From Hemiscyllium ocellatum (Eukaryota), in NCBI RefSeq assembly GCF_020745735.1, contig NC_083410.1, positions 3,942,117 to 4,006,116 on the forward strand: DNA of 64,000 bases, given 5' to 3'. Under the pieces are notes generated by a model that made no database searches, had not been told where the DNA came from, and saw only the letters and a list, made by a program, of their open reading frames with translations. The position numbers were made by a program, and so were the translations under genes. Below, piece after piece: positions 51,174 to 62,129 of this stretch (position 1 is the stretch's first letter; the number at the start of each line of letters is the position of its first letter).

Positions 51174-51680
51174 TGTGACATAGATTTTAAAACAGACAAA
51201 AAAAATTCACAAAGTTACACAATGAAACACAAGGAACAGAATAAAGAACAATACAGAACTCAACCTATCCAACTAGATTAATTAGGCTGTTCGAATATGC
51301 AGAACCATCCCAATAAGTAAACCCCATTTAAAAAACAGCATAAACAGAACACATGCTTACAGTTTGAAGATGAAGGACAAAAAGAGAGAGTTTCCACACA
51401 GCTCACTGTTGAACTTCCAACCAATTCCAGACTGAATTAAAACTGCCCAGCTAGAGAGCTGACCACTCCCCTTTCATTCTTCAGATCACTTCTAAAACAT
51501 GACCCCTTTGGCCTGAAATCTCGTCTGTTTATATATAAATAAAAAGTCTCTCAAAATCCTTTTCATCTCAGTACCAAACCAGACTGGCTCGGTTTATAAC
51601 CCCTTTGAAAAGAATCAAGGACAGAGTCTCCTTGAGCCAAGGATCAGCTTTTATGAAAAAAAGAGACTAGCTGAGTGACA
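51174..51680 (-). mobile_element. Solo LTR (Gypsy-type)
   Basis: TGTCAC...GTCACA termini; internal TATATAAA; 4-bp flanks CGGT/CTGT (one mismatch). Confidence 0.55.
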
Positions 51681-51894
51681 CTGTGTCACCCTTTGTCTGC
51701 CTCATCAGCAGGAGCATTTGGGTAAAGTGATTTCAAAACAAAAATGGGTCAAACAGTCAAATGTGTGAATTCTCAATGTTTAATTGACAAAATATGAGGA
51801 AGTTGCACTGAATAAAGAATGAGCATCACTGCGGAAATAAAACTCACTGTTTCACAAGAAAATCCAGCTAGTCTTACCCTTCCTCATTGGTTTA

Positions 51895-52051
51895 TTGTCA
51901 CTGCTTCCCCTTTACTGACACTTTAACTTCTTTACCTCCTGAGAAATGACACATTAAAGAAGCTGCAGTTGGCTGGGGCAGTTTGTGTTTCAATGTATTA
52001 ACTGGACGTACAATGAACTGTGTGGAGAAAAGGGGTTGTCACTCTATTGAA
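51895..52051 (+). promoter_or_regulatory. Promoter/5'UTR block of the plus-strand V gene
   Basis: Conserved with the inverted paralogue at 47490-47645; directly precedes the leader ATG. Confidence 0.5.
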
Positions 52052-52103
52052 ATGATTGTTGGATATCTTTTTGCTGTGACCCTGTCTCTCTGTATTACTT
52101 TGG
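52052..52103 (+). CDS. Signal-peptide (leader) exon of the VJ-type receptor gene
   Basis: MIVGYLFAVTLSLCITL + G, phase-1 donor GTAAGT at 52104; splices in frame to 61065 (..ITLGANAPDLLQSP); its paralogue precedes V exon 43134. Confidence 0.8.
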
Positions 52104-52246
52104 GTAAGTGTTTCCTTTGGAAATGTTTAACTTGTTGTAAAAGATATTTCTGTGCTGCTGCTGCCGAGTTTGTGAGAATTTTGTAGGTTTGAACATTGAG
52201 AACTGGAGGGGAGTGTCACTAGGAGAATTTGTCACTGTCGGGAGAT

Positions 52247-52437
52247 CAGGCGAAAGTGAGGACTGCAGGTGCTGGAGATTAGAGTAGAGAGTGGGGTGCT
52301 GGAACAGCATAGAGAGTCAGGCAGCATCCGAGGGGCAGGAAAATCAATGTCTCAGGCAAAAGCGCTGAAAACGTCTCTTTTCCTGCTCCTTGGATGCTGC
52401 CTGACCTGCTGTGCTTTTCCAGCCCCAAACTCTCGAT
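52247..52437. mobile_element. Fold-back Penelope-end insertion
   Basis: 11-bp TSD TGTCGGGAGAT/TGTCTGGAGAT; empty site present in the paralogue near 47325-47335. Confidence 0.8.
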
Positions 52438-53480
52438 TGTCTGGAGATTGTTTGGTGCAGCTAACACACAGTTCCACAGGCTGGGAACACAGACCAGAAA
52501 ATGGAATGTTCCTCTTATCCTTTTCTGTCATTCATTTCCTGTGAGGATGGGATTGAGACACAGGTTGCATATTACGGTGTGTATTTGGGGTGGATTGGAT
52601 TAGTCTATGTATTCACTGGGTCTTGTTGGGTGAATTTGAAAGACAATCTCCTGTTTCTGCAAACTTGGTTAATTTACAGCTTTGTGATTCAGAGTGAGTT
52701 TCATCAATGGACCCATGCTGACACTCACATCCATTCTCTATAATCAATAATATTGAATTTGTTCAACGAAAATATCTCCAGGACTTCACAAACTGTGAAC
52801 CAGGATCACACTGAATCCTGGATCTGTTCCAAAGCAGAAACATTTCCAAAGATGAATGTGCTGAATGCCAGTTCATGTTTTGTGTGATGGTATTAATTGA
52901 AGGAAGGATGTTGATGGTCAGAAGACAGAGAGTATCTCCTGTTCTTTTTCACTTCGTGCTCTGTGAGCTTTAAATCTTGAATTGGATGACTGAGGACTCC
53001 ACACAAATCTGATGGAAACAAGGACAGAGTGCAATCTTCTCTCTGTTGCTGCTGTGTGTAGCCCCTCCTGCCAGGTGATCTGCTGCCATGGTGCCACATT
53101 CATCTCTCTTGTACCAGCCTCACCCACCCACTGTAGTTCATCAGAAACCATTCTGTGACATCCGCCTCATCCACCAGAACGTCAGTTTTGAGAAAATCTC
53201 TAGAAATAGCTTGGACAGTCACAGCTTCCTGTCCTATGTGTGAGAGAGAAGCAAACTGAGCCAAGCTATCTCGTCACACTCACTGAGAATGTAGAGTGTC
53301 CCTCTGCACTCTCACCATTTCCAAGCTGTTCAAAGGACAGACAATGTGGAACAAACTGGGGATTACACCATCTACAGAGCAAAGAGAGGAAATGACAGCA
53401 CAAAATGTGGTTTTGACCATATGTCTGAGATTGGGATTGCCTTTTTTAAATGCCAGCTGCAAACTGAGCCCAGGAAAGTG

Positions 53481-53790
53481 GGCGGCACGGTGGCACAGTG
53501 GTTAGCACTGCTGCCTCACAGCGCCTGTAGACCAGGGTTCAATTCCCGACTCAGGCGACTGACTAAGTGGAGTTTGCACGTTCTCCCCGTGTCTGCGTGG
53601 GTTTCCTCCGGGTGCTCCGGTTTCCTCCCACAGTCACAAAGATGTGCGGGTCAGGTGAATTGGCCATGCTAAATTGCCCATAGTGTTAGGTAAGGGGTAA
53701 ATGTAGGGGTATGGGTGGGTTGCGCTTCGGCGGGTCGGTGTGGACTTGTTGGGCCGAAGATTAGTCTAATCTGTAAGTCTAATCTAATGA
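53481..53790 (+). mobile_element. HE1/V-SINE-type SINE
   Basis: GGCGGCACGGTGGCACAGTGGTTAGC head, GGTTCAATTCCC B-box, conserved central domain, TCTAA-repeat tail. Confidence 0.9.
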
Positions 53791-53989
53791 AACAGAAAAG
53801 AGGAAGTAACATTTGCTGCACAGAGTGGAACCTCACTGTTCCCATAGTCACAGGAATGATCTGATGAGAAAGGAAGCCATTGGGCTCAATATCTCAGCAC
53901 TGGATCTCTCAGTACTTAACTTTAAATGCAGAACATGGGTGAGATAATTAACAAATATTTCATGTCAGTATTTACTGCAAAGAAGAATA

Positions 53990-56900
53990 TAGAAACTAGA
54001 GAATTTGGGTAAATAACTGATGATATATTGAATAGTGTTCAAATTACAGAAGAGGAGATGCTGGAAGATTCAAAATTAAGAATCTTGTATAAATCCTTTG
54101 AATCAGATCAGCTGAATCCCACACCTCTGTGGGAAGCAAAGGAAGTGACTGCTGGCCTTTTGCTGTGATATTTACATTAACAAGAGCCATAGCTGAGGTG
54201 CTGGATGAGTGGAGGTTGGTTAATGTTGCACAACTTTTTTAAGAAAGGTGGTTAGGAAAAGCCAGGGCACCAAAGACAGATGAGCCTTAAGTCAGTGGTG
54301 GTTAGGTTGTTGAAAGGGATTCTGAATGACAGGTTACATCATTTGGAATCTAAGGAGATATAGCCCTTTGGATACAAATTTGGCTTAATGGCAGGAATAG
54401 AAGGTGGTAGAGGAGATTATTCTTTAGATTGGAGGCCTGTGTCCAGCAGTATGCCACAAGAATCAATTGGGTCCACTGCTTTTTGTTATCTATATGAACG
54501 ATTTGGATGTGAATAGAGGGAGCATGGTTGGTAAGTTCGCAGATGACACCAAAATTGAAGCTGTGCTGGACTGTAAAGAAGGTAATCTCAAAGTACAACT
54601 GGACCTTGATCAAATGGGCCAATGGGCCGAAGAGAGGCAGATGGAGTTTAATTTAGATAAATGTGAGCTCTTGCACTTTGCTAAGGCAAGTCAGGGTAGG
54701 ACTCGTAAGTTAATAGTTGGGCCTTGGGGAGTGTTGTCAAACAAAGGGACCTTGGGTGAAGGTGCACAGTCTCTTGAAAGTGGAATGGCATGTAGATAGG
54801 ATAGTGAAGAAGGCAGATGGTACGTTTGTCTTTATTGGTCATTGCATTGAGTATAGGAATTGAGATGTCATGTTGCAGTTACACAGGATACTGGTTTGGC
54901 CACTTTCAGAATATTGTTTTTGGTTCTGATCTCCTTGTCAAAGGAAGAATGTTGTGAAACTTTAAAGGGTTCAGAAAAGATTGACAAGGATGTTGCCAGG
55001 GTTGGAGGATTTCAGATATTGGAGAGAGTGAATAGGCTGGGGCTATTTTCCCTGGAGTGTTGGAGGCTGAGGGATGTCTTTATAGAATTTTCTGAAATGA
55101 TTAGGGGAATCAATAGGGTGAATATCCACAGGCATTTTTCCAGGGTAGGGGTGTCCAAAATTGGAGATAATAGGTTTACGGTGAGAGGGGAAAGATTTAA
55201 AAGGACATAACCGGCAACTTGCCCACATGGATGATGGTGCGGGTTTGGAATGAGCTGCCAGAAGTGGTGGAGACTCATATATTTAAAAGGCATCTGAATG
55301 GGTATATGGATGGGAAGAGTTTAGAGGGATATGGGCCAAATGCTGGCAAATAGACCTAGATTAATTTAAGGTATCTGTTTGGAATGGACGAGTTGGACTA
55401 ATGGACCTATTCTGAGCGATGTATGACTCAATGACTCCATAACTTAGTGTCAATAACTAGCCTTTTCTTCTTCATCCTGTACATTGTTTCGGTGTAAATA
55501 ATCATCCAGTGCCTTGTTAAATGCCTCAATTGGACCTGAATGTCTTTTCCCTGTATCTCTCGATTTGCTTTCTGTTTAAAAATCTGTCTTTCTCAACTTC
55601 ATCATACTGAATGGTGCAGCCTCAGTTCCCCTGTGTGATAGAGTTCCCTTTTCCCTTTCCCTTCTCCTTTCTGCCTTAAGTATACATCCCCTGGTTCTGA
55701 GATTCTGTTCTCTGTTCCCAGACTCTTGAACAGTGGAAACATTTTTTTCACATCTACCCTGTCAAATTCTCTTGGAATCTTTTTCTGTTTCAGTACTGAT
55801 GCCTCACATTTTTTTGATATTCTGGTGAGAACAAGCTCAATCAATATCACCTCTCCTCATAAAACAGTGCCTTGATACCAGCTACCAGCCCAGTGACCCT
55901 TCTCTAGACAGCCTCCAATATCAAGACACCTTTTCCTCAGATAAGGAACAAGAACAGTTTCATAGGATTCCAGCTGTGGTCTGACTAGTGGTTTGTACAG
56001 TTTGGTAAAATCTTCCTGATTTTACTCTCCATTTCCTTTGAATTGAAGGATAATCCTCATTTGTCTTCCCTGTGACCAACAGAACTGGATGTTAGCTTTT
56101 CTCGTGATTTATGGACGAGGACTTCCAAATCCCTCTGTTCTGCAGCTTTCTGTCATCTTTCCTATTTCAATAATATTCAGCTCCCCTGTTCTTCCAGACA
56201 AAGTGTATGGACTCACATTTCTTCACATTATATTCCATTTGCCAAGTTTTTGCTTCCTCACTTCCTGTGTCAATATCCCTGTGCAGACTTTTTGTCATTA
56301 CTTACCTTCCTACTTATTGTTGTGTTATCCACAAACTTGGAGAAAGTACATTCACATTCCTCATCCTCTTTTGCTAAAGGCCAAATACTGCAGATGATGG
56401 AAACCTGAAGCAAACACAGAGAATGCTAGAAGAACTCAGCAGGTCTGGCAGTATCTGTAGAGAGAGAAACAGAGTGAATATTTTATGCTTAGTCTAATTT
56501 TTCTGAACCTGTTAGCCTGCAATTGGGCTATTATTTCAGTTATCCTGTTCTGAATACTTTATGCATTCAAGTAAAGAGTCATTAACATTATTTCCCCTGG
56601 TAACCCTATTCACTGCTGTTTTTCTGTGTTTGTATTCTTTCTGTTGCTTTCCCATTCTAGATATTGTTATCCAAATAGCTGTCCTGTAATGCTGCTGTCT
56701 CCTCTTGCTTTATCATCATTTAAACCCTTTCTCCAAAATCTTCCCTCCAATTAATTAGTTTCAAACTCTCTCTAAGCCCTAGTTACTCAATTCATCAGGA
56801 TATCAGTCCCAGCATAGTTCAAGTGAAGCCAGTCCCAGAAGAACACTTCCCTTTTACTCCAGTACTGATGTCAATGTCACACTAATCCAAACCCTTTCCA

Positions 56901-57370
56901 CTCAGATCAAACCCTGAGCCATGTACTGAAATGCTTGACTGTATTTGCCCAGTGTCAGTTTGCTTGTGGCTCAGGCAGTAATCCAGAGATTCTTACCTTG
57001 GAGATTCTGTGTGATAATTTAGCTCTGAACTGTTCAAAGTCTTTCTTTCTTTTGCTCCCAGTGTCATTGGTCACAATGTGGGCAATGATGACGAAATCCT
57101 TCTCCTCCCTCTCCAAGTTTTTTCTCCTGCCCTGAGGAGATATCCTTTCTCTTGGCTCTGGGAAGACAGCACATCCTCGGGAATCACACTCATGTCTGTA
57201 GGGAGCAGGATCTACTTTCCCTCATTATACTGTCCCCTCCTACAATGACATTGCTATTTCCTCTCCCCATATGAATCACGCCCAGCCCCAAGGTATCATG
57301 GTCAGTTTGCTCATTCTCCCTGCAGACTGCACTCTTGCCCACACAGCTTGCAGGAACCTGATAACTGCTA
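53990..57370. mobile_element. CR1 copies (plus 53990-55440; minus 55480-56400; ORF1 esterase remnant minus 56700-57370)
   Basis: GPLLFVIYMNDLD..KFADDTK; antisense SKVRISGLLPEPQAN. Confidence 0.85.
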
Positions 57371-57429
57371 GATAATTGCAGCAGCTCAGGTTTATTGTGG
57401 TGTCATGGAACAGTCGAGTTGTACTATGT

Positions 57430-57670
57430 GTCAATCCGGTTCACCCATCAACCCTAACCCCACTCCCATCATCACTCACCCAGCAGCCCAACACCACCCC
57501 CAACATCACTCACCCATCATCCCTACCCCACCCCCATCTTTATTCACCCATCACCCCCACCCCCATCATCACACCCATCATTCCCACCCCCATCATCATT
57601 CATCCATAAACCCCACCACCATCATCACACCCACCGTCCCAACCTCCATTATCACCCATCCAGCACCCGC
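57430..57670. repeat. CCCATCATCAC-type C-rich minisatellite
   Basis: Degenerate tandem units seen directly. Confidence 0.85.
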
Positions 57671-58036
57671 CCTTCGAGATCTGTCTACTGATTGAATGGA
57701 TCCCTCTTGATCCTCCTGATCTACTAACTCTCTATCATTATTCTTTTGTGATCAATTGGTTGTGGCTCATGGATGCGAACCAGTGCCTCCCATCAACACA
57801 TCTGCAGGGCCAAAACGGTGGTGTTGTGGCGTTAGGAGGTGTAGATGGAGTAAAGATTGTCTCTGGTGCTTCTGGCTTTGCAAAATACACTTGTTGGACC
57901 TTCATTGTTCTAATCACTGCTTTCTGGAACTGACTCTCTCAACCTCTGCATCTCTCAAACTCACTTTACCTCCTCAAGAGTCTCCTTAAAATCTAATTAA
58001 TGATCATTGATTTTAACGACAGTGTTTGAAGACAGG

Positions 58037-58680
58037 GGGTGGCACAATGGGTCAGTGATTAGCACTGCTGCCTTATACCGTCAGGGACCCGGGTTCATAT
58101 CCAGCCTTGGGTGACTGTCTGTGTGGAGTGTGCATGTTCCCCCCATATTTGCATGGATTTCCTCCAGATGCTCCGGTTTTCTCCCACAGTCTAAAGATGT
58201 GCAGGCCAGGTGAGTTGGCCATGGCAAATTGCCCATAGTGTTAGGTCATTAGTCAGAGGGAAATGGGTCTCAGTGGGTTTCTCTTCAGAGGGTCAGTGTG
58301 GACTCGTTGGGCCGAAGGGCCTATTTCAACACTGTAGAATATCTAAAAAAGGGCAGCATGGTGACTCAGTGGTTAGCACTACAGCCTCACAGCGCCAGGG
58401 ACTCAGGTTCAATTCCCGCCTCGGGTGACTGTCTGTGTGGAGTTTGCACATTCTTCCCGTGTCTGCATGAGCTTCCTCTGGGTGTTCTGGTTTCCTTCCA
58501 CAATCCAAAGATGTGCAGGTCGGGTGAATTGGCTATGTTAAACTGCCCACAGTGTTAGGTGCATCAGTAAATGTAGGGTCAGGGAATGGTTCTGGGGTGG
58601 GTTAATCTTCAGAGGGTCAGTGTGGACTTGTTGGGCTGAAGGGCCTTTTTCCATACTGTAGGCAATCTAATCTAATCTAA
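58037..58680 (+). mobile_element. Two tandem HE1/V-SINE-type SINEs
   Basis: Heads near 58037 and 58352, each with the central domain and tail. Confidence 0.85.
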
Positions 58681-61064
58681 CAGCTAAAGAATTGCTGGAA
58701 CAAAAGCAGGAAATGATGGGGTTCTGATGAAAAGTCACCAGATTTGAAATTTTAACTCTGTTTTCTTTCCACAGATGTTGTCAGACCTGTAGAGTTTCTC
58801 CAGCAATTTCTGGTTGTGTTTCAGATCTCCAGTTAACACAGTTATTTACTTTATCAAAGAATCACTGGGGTGGGTTAGAATCCAAACGATGAATTCTTCT
58901 CATGGAGATTAGGAGCATGGATGAGGCAATAGATGTTCCCATTGTCCATTCACCTTTCTGTGAAGTGCTGCCCTCCCTTTTGTTTTCTTCCCTCCTGTTT
59001 CTGAGCTCCAGATTTCTAAATCTATTTGTGGGAACTGCTGCCTCATCAATTTCCTGTTAGTTTGGGTCTGTCTGCTCCATCACATTTCAGCTCAGCTTCT
59101 AGTTTCACAATTTCATCATCCATGACAGGAAACAGTTCCTCTGCTGCCTGTGAATCTGTTCTGTTCTCGCTCTCACTGTTTGAATCCTGAGGCTGTCTTT
59201 TACTTGGTCTTATGTTTCTTCACATTCATTGGATGGTTCTGACAGGGCAACAGCGGAGGTAGGGTTTCATTTCCCATTCCACTCAGCCCTGTCCCCACTA
59301 GTTCCAGCTATCTGTACAAGGGGTAACGGATGTTTATGTTTCATCTTCTGTATTGGATAAGATTGTCTGATTTATGAGAACTGTTTTTCATTACCAGGTG
59401 GACATTCCTGTGAGACAGTTAGAACATGAAAGAGTTAACTCATATCATAACATAAGATCCACCATCAGGATAGAAAGGACAGTTCCTGTGAGGAGCTAAC
59501 CAGTTCTAAGTTCTCAGTTTAGTGTGATGGTCTTTGTTGAGAAAAAGTAACTTGTCCTTTTAAGTCCAGCCTGAGGTCTCCCAGAGACTCTCACGTCACT
59601 CAGATGGAATATAACTCACTTTTCAGTATGATATCATAAACCAACTCTGTTCATCAAGACCAAGCCCCTCTTCTGCCAAAGAGTTCATGTGGTCATTCCC
59701 ACTTGGTCTCAGTAACTGAGAGGAGTATCAAGAAGAATGATTGGAAACACTGAATCTACACATAATATCCCTGTTTTCACTCTGTCTCTCTTTTGAAATA
59801 TTGGAATTCCATTTGCTACCCTCTAATCTGTAGAAAATGTTCCAGACAATGTAGAGTCTTGGAAGATGACCATCAATGCATCTATTATTTCGAGGGCCAC
59901 TTCTTTAAGTGCTCTGAGATGTAGATTATTAAACTCTGGGGATTTATCATCAATTTCATCAATACCATATCTCGACTAATTTTGAGTTCTTTCATTTCCT
60001 TGCTCTCACGAAACCCTGTGTTTCCCAAGTTTCTGGAATGCTCTTTGTGTCCACCTTTGTGAACACAGAACCAAAATCCCCTGTTTCTAGCTGTAAGGGA
60101 CTGACATTTACCTGTACTAAGTTTTTTCTCACAGTCAGAAGTCACATGATACCAGATTATATTCCAACAGGTTTATTGGAGATCACAAGTTGTTGGTCTT
60201 CAACTGATGAAGGAGCAGCACTCTGAAAGCTTAAATAAACCAGTTGTGATGTTGTTCACCCCAGTCTAAGACCAGCTCCTTTACAATCTTATACTATTCA
60301 CCTTCTGACAAATACCTTTATAGTCAGTTTGTATGTTCCCCTCAAGGTTATTTTCATACATCATTTTTTTCCTCCCGAATCAATCATTAATCAATCACTA
60401 CTCGGTTCTGTTGTCTTTTAGTGGAATTTGTTTGCCTCTTCCTTGGATCTAATACTATCTCTAATTTTCCACGTTAGCCCCCTTATCCATTTTACTTTTG
60501 TTTCAGGCAGCAGTAGCTGTGGTAAAGATCCTGTATCCAGGGATTGGAGGGAGAGGTTCTCCATTTCCCCCCAGTCTGACCTCCAGGACCCTTACCTATG
60601 GAGAGGCCTCAGTTTGCTGAGGCTGGAGAGACTGTATCTCTGTCGATCTTTGGGGAAATCCAGCTCCTTTAAATGCTGCCTAGCTGCCTTTTCTAATGCA
60701 GCAGACCCTTCCCAGTTGCAATCCTTACATCTTATGTGAATTGTCAGGAAGCCTCTCCCACTATGAATAGTCCAGGGTAAAGAATTGAAGTGTGTGGCAA
60801 GTTAGCTTGTGTCAGACAGCGGTTCAATAGTGTGAGCTCAACATGTCACTGTTATAGCAACATCTATATTGCTGTTCTCAGCACACAGTGACTGATAGCC
60901 AGGATATCAATCAGGATCAAACAATCACAACTCGTTCAGTCTGACAACCTGTTCCCTCTTTTTAATATAGGACTGAGACTACTGAGAGAGTCCCTTTAAT
61001 TCCATACGGGAGTTTAGAAAAATCAGATTCCTGTTTGTTTATTGATTTTGTTTTTGTTTTGAAG

Positions 61065-61409
61065 GTGCAAACGCCCCAGACCTTCTCCAGTCTCCGGTCC
61101 TGGAACGTGTCACCGAGGGTCACACTGCTCGGTTACTCTGCACCATGAGGAACGCCGCAGTGACAAACACCGATGTTTACTGGTACTGGAAACAGCCAGG
61201 AGGAATGACAATGTGGATCTTGAGCCATTACACATCAAATTATATACAATTGCACTCAAGATTCACTGAGCGATCCCAGCCTTCCAGAGACCTCTTCAGT
61301 AACAGCTTCATTCTGTCCATCACAAACGTGCAGCCCAGTGACACTGGGGTCTATTACTGCTCAGTCTGGAGATGGATCAATTGGAGAGGAAGCCAGCTCA
61401 TGGTAGACA
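61065..61409 (+). CDS. Intact germline-joined VJ-type Ig V-domain exon (subfamily C), non-rearranging antigen-receptor-like
   Basis: Acceptor TTTTGTTTTGAAG/, donor /GTAAGT, 345 nt, no stops: ANAPDLLQSPVLERVTEGHTARLLCTMRNAAVTNTDVYWYWKQPG..FTERSQPSRDLFSNSFILSITNVQPSDTGVYYCSVWRWINWRGSQLMVD. Confidence 0.92.
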
Positions 61410-62129
61410 GTAAGTAGAGTTTACATGATAATCACCTCCAACAATAACCTCTTGCCCAATGAATGAATTGGAGATCAGTTTGTAATCAAGAAGATTGAGG
61501 AGGTGATGGAGAGTGATCTCGGGGACGGATTCACTGTGGGGAGGAAGCTGAGCTCAGATTCAATGTTGGTTGGCAGAGTGAAAAGAGGATTTATTTATGA
61601 TAATGGGCAGATGATATTATGGGAAACATGGAGCGTTATACTGCAGAGTAAGTGATATTAATTCCATTTGACTCACAAGAGTGTCATTGTTATTGGGCTG
61701 GATGAACAAAGTCAGGGAGATTGCTCTATGAGGTGCCACATCTGCAGGGGAATCTCCCAGGGAATAGGAATGAACCATAGAGCACAAAGGGGCACACACA
61801 TCTCTCTCCATTTCAGAGACAATTGGCTTGATTCAGTTTAAAGGAATACACTCTGCATTGAGCACAATTCAAGGGACGGGGTGATTCACTCTCCATGAGC
61901 TCCCACAGCTGACACTGGGACTGAGGCTGAGATGTTGTCATATTTCTACATTATATTCCTGCCATCTGATCCACCTGACTAGGGAAGAGTGATCATAATA
62001 TTCTGGGAGTTTTGAACATATTTACCTGGAGCTTTGTGTTGAATGTCGCTGAGAGCTTGACTTCAGACCCCATGTTGGCTCAGGTAATTCCTGGGGGTTT
62101 CTCTTCTCCTTTCCCCATTGTGGCTGAGG

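Noticed and set aside
4175-52270. Recurrent GAAAGTGAGGACTGCAGATGCTGGAG as a CRISPR-like repeat
   Set aside because: Dispersed, in both orientations, with no regular spacers; these are Penelope-like element termini.
53290-53400. SLCTLTISKL as a C1-domain strand
   Set aside because: No proper Cys/Trp spacing or splice sites; the paralogous intron block near 46880-47030 does not keep the motif.
53481-53560. tRNA gene
   Set aside because: tRNA-derived SINE head with A/B boxes but no cloverleaf.
60850-60925. LYCCSQ followed by CACAGTG as the end of a rearranging V
   Set aside because: No nonamer at 12 or 23 nt and no upstream V framework.
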